Both the position numbers and the translations under genes were made by a program. A DNA stretch of 63,798 nt, filler included, from Octopus bimaculoides (Eukaryota): the NCBI RefSeq assembly GCF_001194135.2. It is 5 parts of 5 records of this genome, joined end to end, with 100 filler letters (N's around TTAATTAATTAA, not from the genome) between each part and the next. Parts side by side here need not be neighbours in the genome. Positions count along the whole stretch, not along the records: positions 9,045 to 32,756 come from NC_068994.1; 4 more parts are not named here. The stretch is one strand, 5' to 3'. Within the stretch, counting starts at the first letter, position 1, and each line of letters starts with the position of its first letter. A model generated the notes under the pieces. It searched no databases. It was not told where the DNA came from and saw nothing but the letters and a program-made list of their open reading frames with translations. This document shows, piece by piece, positions 13,441 through 25,615 of the stretch.

Positions 13441-13816
13441 TGTTGTTTTGTGACATTGGCCAACTTCCTTCAATATCTGTGACACCAAGCTGAGTAACGA
13501 AGGAAAGCATTAATTCATGTTGTTTAGTTTTGATCAAGTAGATTCATGATCAAAGGCTTTGCAACCATGACTTCCCTGCTAATAATATTCTCACATAGTA
13601 AAATCTATATTTAGCATTATAAAAAAGACAGTATTTGCTGTCAGGAGTTGCTTAGGTTAATGGTACAGAACTCTAAGCCAGAACTTGAGAGGGTTTGATT
13701 CTCTGTAGTGACTTGCTGGACACTTTATTTACATTTACCCAATCTTCTAAGCTATTTTCACAGATATTGTTTGAGATCTCCTTTATTTTCTCTCTCTCTA
13801 TATATATGTATAGACA

Positions 13817-13970
13817 CAGGTGTGGTTGTGTGGTAAGAAGTTTGCTTCCCAACCACATGGTTCCAGGTTCAGCCCCACTACGTGACACTTTCGGCAAGTA
13901 TCTACTATAGCCTCGGGCCAGTCAAAGGTTTGTGAGTGGATTTGGTAGACAGAAATTGAAAGAAGCCTGT

Positions 13971-14009
<39 letters not shown>

Positions 14010-14428
14010 NNNNNNNNNNTATATATATATATATATATATATATAGGTGCAAGAAGCTTGCTAACCACATGGTTCCAGGTTCTATCCCACTGTGTGGCAC
14101 CTTGGACAAGTGTCTTCTACTATAGACTCAGGCTGACTAAAACCTTGTGAGTGGATTTGGTAGATGGAAACTGAAAGAAGCCTGTCATATATATATATAT
14201 GTATATATTTGTGTGTGTGTGTGTGTCTATGTTTGTCCCCTGCTATCACTTGACAACTGATGCTGGTGTATTTATGTCCCTGTAACCTAGTGGTTTAGCA
14301 AAGGAGACTGATAGAATAAGTACTAGACTTAAAAAATTTGTCCTGGGGTTGATTTGTTGATTAAAACCCTTCAAGGCAGTGCTCCAGCATGGCCGCAGTC
14401 AAATGACCGAAACAAGAATAAAAGAATA
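13817..14428 (+). mobile_element. SINE family A composite (duplicated head region around a TA tract and small gap)
   Basis: Family A head, core and tail motifs. Confidence 0.8.
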
Positions 14429-14458
14429 CACACACACAGATACAGAACACTTAAATTA

Positions 14459-14629
14459 AGGACTCTGAGTTTCTGAGCAGTGATTCAACACTTGCTGTGC
14501 TTCGTCAGCTTTTGTATGCTTAATGCATGTTTAATATAAGAGCAGAGCATGTCCTAACATGCATTAAACTTGCAAAATACTGTTGAGGTGCAGTGAATAT
14601 TGAATCACTGCTCAGAAACTCAGGGTCCT
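14459..14629. mobile_element. About 170-bp foldback MITE
   Basis: 30-bp TIRs 14459-14488 and 14600-14629 (one mismatch), inner inverted repeat ttaatgcatgtt/aacatgcattaa; right end ggtcctg|ta suggests a TA target. Confidence 0.75.
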
Positions 14630-15899
14630 GTATGTAAGTGTTTCATACATATGTCATTTCATAAATTTAGTCCTCTCTTTTCAACAATATTGAGGTCTAC
14701 TTCTTTTGTTGTGATGTTGTTACACATGTGGCTTGATAATACACACACACACACACATATGTATATATGGGTAAACAGACCTATCTGTTCTGTTTTCAAG
14801 ATGGCAGGGGTGATGTGCTGAAGATTTGGCTACCATTTCTAGCATATCAACCACATAGAGGTTTGTTTGTTCTGTCATTGACTCAAGTTGATCCATGTTT
14901 ACAGAGCTATGGTTATTCCTTATTTTTACTATTTACCTGTTATACTAAGAGTGAGATTCCTTGGTTCTGAAGATGTCTCAACAGAATCTGTAGAAGGCTG
15001 GCTGTTATTACAGATTAATTTTATGTAAGTTACTAAATACCTTGTATTAGTTTATATTCCAGTAGAGCATTCCCATATGTTTGGCCTCTACAGAAGGTAT
15101 TTTCTGTTAACAATGCTAGACACTTCAAAGGGAAAACTATTTCAAACAGCTAGTTCTAAACAGTTCTCTTTTGCTGCATAATAAGGTTACACTATTTAAC
15201 TCAACACAGATTTTATCATGGAAAGAAAATATAATTGAATTAGATGTGTAACATTTGAATAAATTGGATGTTTTCTTTACAGTATAGTTTAAGTAGAATT
15301 TATATAAGCAAGAAATAGTTATTTCTACATTGTTTGATAATTGGTTAGTGTGTTTCACCTGAATTTAATTGTTAACAGAAATACTTCTATAAATATTTCT
15401 CCTAGTTAGATATTAAATCATCAGACTCACTCCTCCACTACATTCTATGTTTAATTAATTTGAAGCAATTTAAATTCCAGAGTTGTCTCCCTTGAATGTC
15501 TTGAAAAGAATTATTGAAGGTCATAATTTTTTTCTCAGCAGTAAGGGTGTTATTAATTAAAATTTCTTGTCTCATTAAAAGAATAAAGATCCTTCTTGAG
15601 TTATAATAGACTCATAAGGCAATTTTCCTGGTTTCTGTGATGCATATATTCCCCGCTGGATGGGACACCAGTCTGATGTATGATTACGCATTTTTGGCAG
15701 CTGAGTGGACTAGAACAACATGAAATGAAGTGTTTTGCTCAAGAACACAACATGTTGCTGAGTTGTGGAATTGAAACCACAATCTTATGATCATGAGTTC
15801 AACACCTTAACCAATAAGGCATACACCTCTACCTTGTCTCATTGATTTAACTGTATTAGTGTCCCATTATCCTATCAATGTTTCATGCAGTAGGCATCC

Positions 15900-16670
15900 C
15901 TGAGTATCTCTCTGTCCAAGTGTCTGAAAAATATCTCCTGTTTACAAGAAGCAAGTTACTGGGATTGAATAAACATTTTCTTCAATGAGTTCATGGCAGA
16001 CATATTTGGTGTGTTTTTGTTAATGTTTTCTAAAACAGGCAACCAATTGGCAATGTTCATTTGCAGTGGTGTATGAGCAAATGGAAGGGAAGGAGAATAA
16101 TAAACATTGGCGGTTTGCCTCACTGAGGTGTCAGGTGAAGCCCATGAGGGTGTTTGGCTGCTCCAATGCCTTCGCCTTGCAATCGTCTGCAGTAATGTCA
16201 TGAGTGTGTTGGCTTGCTCCAGAAGGCTCTGTTGAACCTTGTGGTGTGTAACCAATTGAAGCATTTTGTGTTAAATTGATGTTTTCTTTTTTTCCTTCTT
16301 TCTTCTTCTTCTTTATCTTTCTTTCTTTCTTCTCTCATGTTTGTGTTTTGTTTGTTTTTGGATTTGTATTTTAGTGTGGTTTTTAGTTATATATACATAC
16401 ATATAAGGCTTGGCTACTCTGCATTGACAAGGGGCAACACCCTGAAACTAGTCTAGTCTGCAGATGCCAAACCAGCAGGGGGACACTGCTGACCTCCCCT
16501 GTTCGAAGGTTATAAAGGACACAGGTTTCGTGTGTCACATAGCTAGCTAGAGGCGATGGCTTCTTGGAGCTAATTCACGGCAGCTTTCGTCCTAATTTTG
16601 GGACTGCCATGTTGGCTTGGCGATAACTATTAATTTCCAGTACCGCTGCCGTAGTCTCCTTTAGAGAGAC
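15900..16670 (-). mobile_element. Probable decayed 5' end (UTR plus ORF1) of a non-LTR retrotransposon
   Basis: CpG-containing UTR-like block at 16400-16670, then a minus frame reading ...ANRQCLLFSFPSICSY...*QKHTKYVC..., which I recall resembling cephalopod LINE ORF1. Contains in-frame stops. Needs a database search. Confidence 0.35.
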
Positions 16671-16895
16671 TTAGAAATATTNNNNNNNNNNNNNNNNNNN
16701 NNNNNNNNNNNNNNNNNNNNNNNNNNNNNNNNNNNNNNNNNNNNNNNNNNNNNNNNNNNNNNNNNNNNNNNNNNNNNNNNNNNNNNNNNNNNNNNNNNNN
16801 NNNNNNNNNNNNNNNNNNNNNNNNNNNNNNNNNNNNNNNNNNNNNNNNNNNNNNNNNNNNNNNNNNNNNNNNNNNNNNNNNNNNNNNNNNNNNNN

Positions 16896-16949
<54 letters not shown>

Positions 16950-18454
16950 TGTGTGTTTGACCACCACTACCAGCACCACTGCCACCGCTACTTGACAACT
17001 AGTGTTGGTGTGTTTACATCCTTGTAACTTAGCAGTCCTGGGGTCAATTTGTTCAACTAAAACCCTTCAAGGCAATGTTCCAGAAAGGCTGCAGTCAAAT
17101 GATTGAAACAAGTAAAAAATAAAAGATAGAGAAAAGATATAAGCAAAGGAAATTTGAGGAAAAGAAGCCTTGGGTTTATCATTCTGATAACAATTTCAGC
17201 AAAAAGTTGGTTGTCTAAAGGAATGCCATTTGTCCTGGATTCTTACAAGGTCTGCTAAAAAGTTGTGTAGTTCCGAGACAAATGCTACATAAATCAAAAC
17301 ACTAAAGAATAGAAGGTGTCCAGGTATTGCATTGGTAGGAGTTTGGACTATTTTATAGCAGGTGTAATGCACTAAAAATGTAATGTGCAGCATGATGTCA
17401 GCCTAGACTGGAGCATAATGTCTGACCAGTGGGTTGCTTCAATGCATCTGATTGGTCACTTGCATGCTATATAGGCCTGTTGAAACAGGTCTGATTAAAA
17501 TGACTCAACATAATATTAATAAGGAAAAGAGAAGAGTTGCAGAATCTCTCAGGACAGCCAATGAAAGAGAGAGCATGGAAGGAAGGTAGATGGTATAGTG
17601 ATGATAAGAAATAAGGATAAATGAAAGAAACAGGGACAGATGATATGAAGTTAATGGAAGAATATTATGTATTAGTGTGAAATAACAATGTGCCAATAAC
17701 ACAGTAGGCAGCCAGTGTTTTAGATAAAGGAGAACAAAAGTTTGAAGTCGTTAAATGCTTAAGGATTAAAAAAAAAAAAATGAACAAACTCAAAAAACAA
17801 ACAGAAATTGAAAAGAAAACTAATGTTGGAAACAAGAATTTAGCAGTAAAATATTCAGAATCTGCTATTAAATATTGTTAGAGAGAGGTTAGTCAGAACA
17901 TAGCTAAGCTTGCAAAGTCTGTCATTCTTAAATCTAGACATTGAGGGTGCCAGAAACTTACCAGAGACTCTTCTTAGTCTCGTGGGTGAAGAAGAGTAGT
18001 GAAGAGCTTGGTTTGTTTGGCAAACAGATCGGCGCTGTGTCACTGCTCTATTATGGTAGTCACCTTTATGTAGAAAAGTGAAAGTGGTTAGTTAAGTTCT
18101 AAGAAGACGACAAGAGAGAAATAGAACACAGGTGGTGATGATCATGATGATGGTAATGATGATGATATACTGTTGTTGTTTGATATATATAACATTTAGT
18201 TCACAACACAAGAAGAGACAAAATACATCCAATACAAAGCAGAGGTTTGGATATAAATATAGCCTCAAGTCGAAGAAAAGTTACTGATGGCTGAATTTAA
18301 ATGGATGCTGGTCAAGTGGTCAACTCATCACATCCAACCACCAGCACATCGAAATGTGTTCATGACACAGAACTTCAATTTGCAACATCTATCTCTCTCC
18401 ATTTTAACTGTAGATAAAATATTTGATTTGGAGGAGACACAGTTTATAACATTA

Positions 18455-18845
18455 TTATTATTATTGGCACTCCGTCATTTACGACGTCGAGGGTTCCAGT
18501 TGATCCGATCAACAGAACAGCCTGCTCGTGAAATTAATGTGCAAGTGGCTGAGCACTCCACAGACACGTGTACCCTTAATGTAGTTCTCAGGAATATTCA
18601 GCGTGACACAGAGTGTAACAAGGCTGACCCTTTGAATTACAGGCATAACAGAAACAGGAAGTAAGAGTGAGAGAAAGTTGTGGTGAAAGAGTACAGCAGG
18701 GTTCGCCACCATCCCCTGCCGGAGCCTCGTGGAGCTTTAGGTGCTTTCGCTCAATAAACACTCACAACGCCCGGTCTGGGAATTGAAACCGCAATCCTAT
18801 AACCGTGAGTCAGCTGCCCTAACCACTGGGCCATTGCGCCTCCAT
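18455..18845 (-). mobile_element. SINE family B, full length
   Basis: 13-bp TSD gtttataacatta at 18442-18454 and 18846-18858; (AAT)n tail. Confidence 0.92.
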
Positions 18846-19359
18846 GTTTATAACATTAAGCAGTGATGAAAGTCAGTGTAGCGGTGTTCAGTTCAAATCC
18901 TTCTACAGTTTGGAGAAAGCTGGATTTCACCAATGTACCAGACTGACTTGCTCTGAAAAGCCAAGGAGAGAGCTTTTACGCTATCACTTGCCTACTTAAA
19001 CCAACTCTTAAATCTCTCTAAAATTACACCCTACCACCCTAAAATATAGGGTTACGCTGACAAAATAGTCCCAAATATACAAAAAGATGGTGACTACTTG
19101 ATCAATATTATTCTGGGACTAAACTACAACAACCTACTCTAGTTACATGATACAAAGATAAACTCTTCAGTGACATTCAAAGACCTGATAGATTTACAGG
19201 CTGCATTAAAAAATAGTGAAAATGAGACAGTGATAACCCTAGTTGAATATTTTCAAGAGACAATTTTTTGTACCTCATATAACTGGAGCTGCTAATAATT
19301 ACGATTATATTTGCTTTCTATTACAACCCAACATGTTTCCTTGATAATAATATTATGAT

Positions 19360-19545
19360 AGAAGGCTGGGAAAAATGCTTAGTGGTGTTTCATCCATCTT
19401 TTCGTTCTGAGTTTAAATTCTGCTGAGGTCAACTTATCCTCTCAGGATCAATAAAATAAGTATCAGTTGAGTAATGGAGTTGATTTAATTGACTTGACTC
19501 CTCCCCCAAACTGCTGGCCTTGTGCCAAAATTTGAAGCCAATATT
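19360..19545 (+). mobile_element. SINE family C, CpG-decayed
   Basis: aaatgcttagtggtgtttcatcc...ttctgagtttaaattc...ccttgtgccaaaatttgaagccaata. Confidence 0.75.
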
Positions 19546-19973
19546 ATGATAAACAATGCAAAATTTGAAACCTTCCTTATCTTCATCAAAACTGGTCTAT
19601 CAAAGAACACAGCTAATATGAAAGTTCAGTTGGCAATTGAGATATGTTTATCAATTGCTTTTGAGAAGTAATGTAGCCAGCATTCACACTTGCTGAAACT
19701 TTATGTGAACTAAAACAAATGTAATGTTTATTCATTATTTTTGAGAAGAATGGTGGGTACATTCACTCTCACTGAACTTCATGTGAGCTGAGAGAAGTGT
19801 AAAATACTTTATCATGATTTGTTGGGTACCACTACGAAAAAATGGTTGCTAGCATACCAACCATCACCACTCACGAGTTAGCAAACTGAAACAAAGAAAG
19901 GTAACTCTTTTCTTAGCATATTTCTGTTGAAATACATTGTCTTTGTTCAAATTAATCTTGAAAAGAATGAAGT

Positions 19974-20195
19974 TTAACCCTTAAGCATTCAGATTACTGT
20001 CAAATGTATTGCTTATTTATTCACATTGTTTTCAATTAATCATGTATTATCTTGTAACTTCAAGATTTCGATCATGTGATTGTGTTTACAATTACATTGT
20101 AAGGTAGGTGAGAGAGTCTCGATCTGGCCAGTTTGAAAATAAAACAGGTAAAATATTTTGGCTGGATATGGCTGCATTAAATGCTAAAGGGTTAA
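19974..20195. mobile_element. piggyBac-like MITE (TTAA-CCCTTT...AAAGGG-TTAA) nested in an older MITE (about 19903-20270)
   Basis: TTAA at both ends (19974-77, 20192-95), TIR ccctttaagcatt/aatgctaaaggg; the flanks join into the MITE family seen at 23152 and 45844. Confidence 0.8.
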
Positions 20196-21544
20196 TAAAA
20201 TAACTCTGTCATTATTAAGCTATTGTAAGTGGTCTCTGATGGGTTGATATCAAAAGGGTTGGTAATTTTATTAAAGTTTCCATATTGGGTCAAATTACTC
20301 AAATTGGAACTGATTAAAAATTTAATAACGATCAAAGTTGGAGTAGTTACAGTGCCCTCATTCTACTTCATGAAGAAAAAAAAAATTAGGAACAAATTTT
20401 CTATTGAACTCTTTAAATATTTGTAATAGTGTAAGCTTGGAAGTGTTCATATAAAAAATAAAAACTGTTAATTGATGTATTTAATAACATTTTCCAGAAT
20501 CATTTGACTGGTGTTGCTAAAAATAATGACAGAAACACTATTTATGGGTGGTTTGAATGAGCAAAAGGCATTAGAAATTTGACTATCTTACTAAAGAGTA
20601 TAAAAAGGACTCCAATATAGGATATAAGCATTGGATTAAAATGATAAATTATTTAGAAATTGAAACCAGCAAAAGTTTGAAAGAAAAAAAACAAAACAAA
20701 GATATTTCTTTACAAAAATCTGCTAGCCTTTCAAATTTCAAGTATTATAGCAAATTCTTGAGCTTTCATTAATGAGAGAGCTTCCATGTAATTTATTGAC
20801 CTACTAGAAATAGCAACCAAATTTCTCTCAAGTCACATCTCAAAAAGGGAAGGAGACATTAAATAATGCAGTCCCAGGTGTACTATGTATGTAAGTTCAA
20901 AAATATGGGAATGGTCATGGCTGGAATACTTTTAATCAAAGTTGACCTGGAGCTAAACATCATCATCTGATGACCTTCTTGCACTCAATATTTACTTTGT
21001 CAAAAAGATGTTCCAGCTGACTAACCACATATTTTCCCCTTTGTTTACGTATTTTATCATGCAAACTCATCCTAAGCATATCCATATAGACAAATAAATG
21101 TAAATACAACGACGGTGGTATCTCTCAACATATACATACATATATACATACATTATATAGGCATGGCTGTATGGTAAGAACCTTGCTTTCCAATCAAATG
21201 ATTCAGTGTTCAGTCCCATTGCATGGCACATTGGGCACATGTCTTTGATAGGCGGAAACTGAAATAAGACCACTGTATGTGTGTGTGTGTCTGTCTGTCT
21301 TTGTGCCTGTGTTTGTCCCTCACCATTGCTTGACAACCGGTGTAGGTGTGTTTATATCCTCAATTCAACCAGTCTTAAAAAATAAAAATAAAATTCTAGG
21401 ATCGATTCATTTGACTAAAAATTCTTCAAGGTGGTGCCTCAGCATGGGTGCAGTCTAATGACTGAAACCAATAAAAGATATATATATGTGTGTGTATACA
21501 TGTATTTGACAATGTTCATCGTTATCGATGATGATCAGGACATC

Positions 21545-21841
21545 GCAAGGTAAGAAATTGGCTTTGGACTGGCACAGCTCATATTTTCTTTGTGCTCCTC
21601 TGATCCTATTCTGTTCATAGGAAATGGAACCTCTGTTAGTGCAGCTATGCCAAGCAGAGCAGCCCTGTGCTTGCATTTCCCAGGTGTCAGGATTGATCAG
21701 AAAGCATTCCAATGAGGCTTTAAGTGTATTGTTGAAGTCCTTTTTCTGCCCACTCTGTGTACATTTGCTTTCTGCCAATTCACTGTAAAACAGTCTTTTG
21801 GGTAATTGTGTGTCAGGCATTAGAACAAGGTGGCCACCCAC
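21545..21841 (-). mobile_element. RTE-clade LINE 3' ORF fragment
   Basis: GGHLVLMPDTQLPKRLFYSELAESKCTQSGQKKDFNNTLKASL...DTWEMQAQ...AW matches the RTE C-terminal pattern GHV.RM...R.PK..FYGEL..GKR..GG.KKR.KD.LK. Confidence 0.85.
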
Positions 21842-22127
21842 ATGACTTGCACTCTCTCTCTCTCTCTCTCACACACACATATATATAAGGCTGCTGCTTG
21901 TGCTGCTTCCACTACTACAACCAATTAACTACTGCTACTGACACGGACAGAGGTCACTGCCATTTACCATTACCAACACAGTCACTACTACTACTACAAC
22001 CAACGATTCAAGCCAACGCACTAGACAACAATTATGCACCCATGCAAAAAACGCTCCCACGTGGACTATGTTGACACCAGTAAGGAACAGTTATGAACTT
22101 TTCATTTAATTACATTTTTTAAAATAT

Positions 22128-22176
22128 GTATTTTTGATAAGGTTCGTTTTTTCAAGAACCGAAACATGTTAAATAT
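22128..22176 (+). ncRNA. Minimal type I hammerhead ribozyme-like motif (Penelope LTR type)
   Basis: Stem I GUAUUU/AAAUAU, core UUGAUAA, stem II GGUUC/GAACC, GAAA, palindromic stem III ACAUGU, cleavage triplet GUU. Confidence 0.65.
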
Positions 22177-22279
22177 CTCTGACAAAATTATAAATTAAAA
22201 TTCATTTTTTAAATATTGGCGTTTTCAAACTTCTTTTTTATAAATATATATATATTTTTATATATATATATATATACTT

Positions 22280-22339
<60 letters not shown>

Positions 22340-22349
22340 GCTTGTTCTT

Positions 22350-22572
22350 TTAGGTACTGGTGCCACTTAAAAAGCACCTATGCCAGTGCTGCATTAATGC
22401 ACCCATGCCAGTGGCATGTATTAAGTACCCAGCACACTCTGTTAAGTGGTTGGCATTAGGAAGGGCACCCAGCCATAGAAACCATGTCACAACAGGCAAT
22501 TGGAGTCTGGACAGCTTCATCTCAAATCGTCCAACTCATGCCAAGATAAAAAGTGGATGTTAAATGATGATA
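22350..22572 (+). mobile_element. RTE-tail-related dispersed repeat
   Basis: Shares ...ggcattaggaagggcatccagc...agaaaccatg...tccaacccatgccag...ggacgttaaatgatga-type sequence with 53980-54130 and (minus strand) 29640-29810. Confidence 0.65.
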
Positions 22573-22605
22573 TATACACACACACATGCGCACATGCACA
22601 CAAAT

Positions 22606-22640
<35 letters not shown>

Positions 22641-22789
22641 CACATACATACAGGCACACAATATTGCTCAGAATTCACTTTGCTGTAGAGTGGAATATGA
22701 AAAGCATAAGTTCTGCTGGGCTATGTTACAATACACAAAAGGAGAGAAAAAACAGAAAATGAAAGCAAGGAGTGAGGGGAGGGACGGGA

Positions 22790-22880
<91 letters not shown>

Positions 22881-22890
22881 AAGAAAGAAA
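22790..22890. repeat. (GA)n microsatellite
   Basis: Direct inspection. Confidence 0.95.
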
Positions 22891-23151
22891 GAGATCACAA
22901 CAATATTCTAAACTTTTCTAATGTTCAGGCCATTGAGAAATACAGAATTTATAAAGTATTTTAACAGAGTCCAAAGTCATTTCTAAGAAATCTTCTCCTG
23001 TCACAAGGAATAACAGTCAAATATTGAAATAGCAGGCAAATAACCAAATTACTAATACTGTTTCCATCATGCCTGCAAAAAGCGATAGGAAACCTATTTC
23101 TATGAAATTCAGTATTTAATCCTGAGATTAAGAGCAATTGGCACTAATCCC

Positions 23152-23380
23152 TTAACCCTTTCATTACCATATTTCTGTTGAAACACATTGTCTTCATTTC
23201 AATTAATTTTGAAAATAATGAAGAATTTAGTAAAATAGCTTAGTCATTTTTAAACTGGTGTTTGAACAGAAATTAACATAAAATTTTGATGACGGATTTT
23301 AATTTAGATAATTTTAAAAAAGGGAATTTGTACCATAAAACCAGGAGCAGTCTTGAGTGGGTTAGTATCAAAAGGGTTAA
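23152..23380. mobile_element. piggyBac-like MITE
   Basis: TTAA-ccctttcattacc ... gttagtatcaaaaggg-TTAA; homologous to 45844-46061. Confidence 0.85.
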
Positions 23381-23682
23381 AACTAGGGATTACTTCAACT
23401 ATTATAGCTGCAAATAGGTCCTACAGAGGTGAACAATACTTGTAAAAAATCAACAATCTGGTATCTGTTCCTTAAATCCAGGTTGAATTAAGGCAATGTG
23501 GAATAAAATTTTTTGCCCCAAAACATAATCATAAATTAATAGCAGATTAGAAAATCGATACATAGGAGTGTAATGTAGAGTCATATGCAGTTGAAATAGA
23601 GGAAATCCAGTCAATGAAGATTATTTCATGAGGAGTATATAAAATACAAAGAAAGTCAGGAGGTACGAGATCTCTTTTACTT

Positions 23683-24072
23683 GTTTCAATCATTTTAACT
23701 GTGGCCATGCTGGAGCACTGCCTTTAGTCGAGCAAATCGACCTCAGGACTTATCCTTTGTAAGCCTAGTACTTATTCTATTGGTCTCTTTTCCCGAACTG
23801 CTAAGTTACGTGGACTTAAACACATCAGCATCGGTTGTCAAGCGAAGTTGGGGGGACAAACACAGACACACAAACATATACACACACATACATATATATA
23901 TATATATACACATATATACAACGGGCTTCTTTCAGTTTCCGTTTACCAAATCCACTCACAAGGCTTTGGTCGACCTGAGGCTATAGTAGAAGACACTTGC
24001 CCAAGGTGCCACGCAGTGGGACTGAACCCAGAACCATGTGGTTGGTAAGCAAGCTACTTACCACACAGCCAC
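23683..24072 (-). mobile_element. SINE family A, full length
   Basis: Reverse complement of head, core, TA/CA tract and tail; CpGs largely retained (young copy). Confidence 0.9.
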
Positions 24073-24702
24073 AAGTTGATTCTACATGCAGATGCACACA
24101 CACACACACACATACACATGATGGGTTTCCACACAAAATTCAATCATAAAGCATCCGTTGGCCCAAGGTGCCATGCAGTGGGACTGAACCCAGAACCCCA
24201 TGGTTGCAAAGTGAGCTTCTTAACCACGCAGCCATGCTCGAGACATTTACTTTCTGAGGAAAACTTGAAATTGATACTTGGGCATAAAGTTATTTCATTG
24301 TCAAATGTTATTTTCCACAAACAGCTTCTATGAACAGCAAGAGAAAAGTGAAGTTGCTAAGTGTTTCAGTAGTTAAACTTCTCTCACAAACAGTTAAGGG
24401 GAAATGAAGAAAAAAACAAAAAACAAAAAACAACTAAAATAACTAGAAATGTCAAACATATAAGGTTACATTACTTTTTTTCTTTAAGAAACGGAACATT
24501 AAAATAAATAAATAGACACTTAGCCAAATATTTCTGAGAGTTCAAGAAACATGGTATCCCTCCTCTTGCCAGTATATTTTTAATAAATTCTAAATTCCAT
24601 CACATAACAACAACACTAAAAAAACTATTTTATGCATCCCCTTCATCATGACTGAATAAAGATATATAAGAAAAAATTATTTAAAAAATTACTCTCATAG
24701 TT

Positions 24703-25090
24703 GCAGGTGTGGCTGTGTGGTAAGAAGCTTGCTTCCCAACCACATGGTTCCGAGTTCAGTCCCACTGTATGGCACCTTAGGCAAGTGTCTTCTACTATAG
24801 CCTTGGGCTGGCCAAAGTCTTGAGAGTGGATTTAGCAGATAGAAACTGAAAAAAGCCTATTGTGTGTGTGTATCTGTGTGAGTGTCTTTCTGTCTGTATC
24901 TGTCCTCCACTACCACTTGATATCCACTGTTGGTTTGTTTATGTTCCCATAACTTAACGCTTTAGCAAAAAGAGACTGATATAGTAATTAGTAAGTTGAA
25001 AAAAAATAAGTACTGAGGTTTATTCATTTAACTAAAAATTATTCAAGGTGGTGCCCCAGCATGGCCACAGTGACTGAAATAGATAAAAGA
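24703..25090 (+). mobile_element. SINE family A, full length
   Basis: gcaggtgtggctgtgtggtaagaagcttgcttcccaacc...ccagcatggccacag. Confidence 0.85.
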
Positions 25091-25099
25091 TAGGTGGAG

Positions 25100-25615
25100 A
25101 CATGGGTGTATTGTTGAGGAGCTTGCATCCCAACCATGTAGTGTTTGGTTCAGTTCTACTGTGTGGCACCTTGAGCAAGTGTCTTCTATTATAGCTCCAG
25201 GCCAACAAAAGTCTTGTGAACAGATTTGGTAGATGAAAACTGAAAGAAGCACATTGTGTGTATATGTGTGTGTCGTATATTCTTTTATTCTTTTACTTGT
25301 TTCAGTCATTTGACTGTGGCCATGCTGGAGCACCGCCTATTGGTCGAGCTAATCAACCCCAGGACTTATTCTTTGTAAGCCTAGTACTTATTCTATCGGT
25401 CTCTTTTGCCGAACTGCTAAGTTACGGGGACGTAAACACACCACCATCAGTTGTCAAGCGATGTTGGTGTGACAAACACAGGCACACAAACACACACATA
25501 CACATATATATACATATATACGACAGGCTTCTTTCAGTTTCCGTCTACCAAATCCACTCACAAGGCTTTGGTCGGCCCGAGGCTATAGTAGAAGACACTT
25601 GCCCAAGATGCCACT
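25100..25615 (-). mobile_element. Two adjacent minus-strand SINE family A pieces
   Basis: Head/core at 25100-25260 and body/tail at 25285-25615. Confidence 0.8.

Noticed and set aside
15956-16264. 102-aa protein-like ORF, and an overlapping 96-nt plus-strand exon candidate at 16039-16134
   Set aside because: It lies within a probable decayed LINE 5' region whose ancestral frame appears to be a different, stop-containing frame; no known domain.
19659-19820. Degenerate 80-bp tandem duplication, considered as a zinc-finger or LRR coding repeat
   Set aside because: The period is not a multiple of three and no frame shows C2H2 or LRR spacing.
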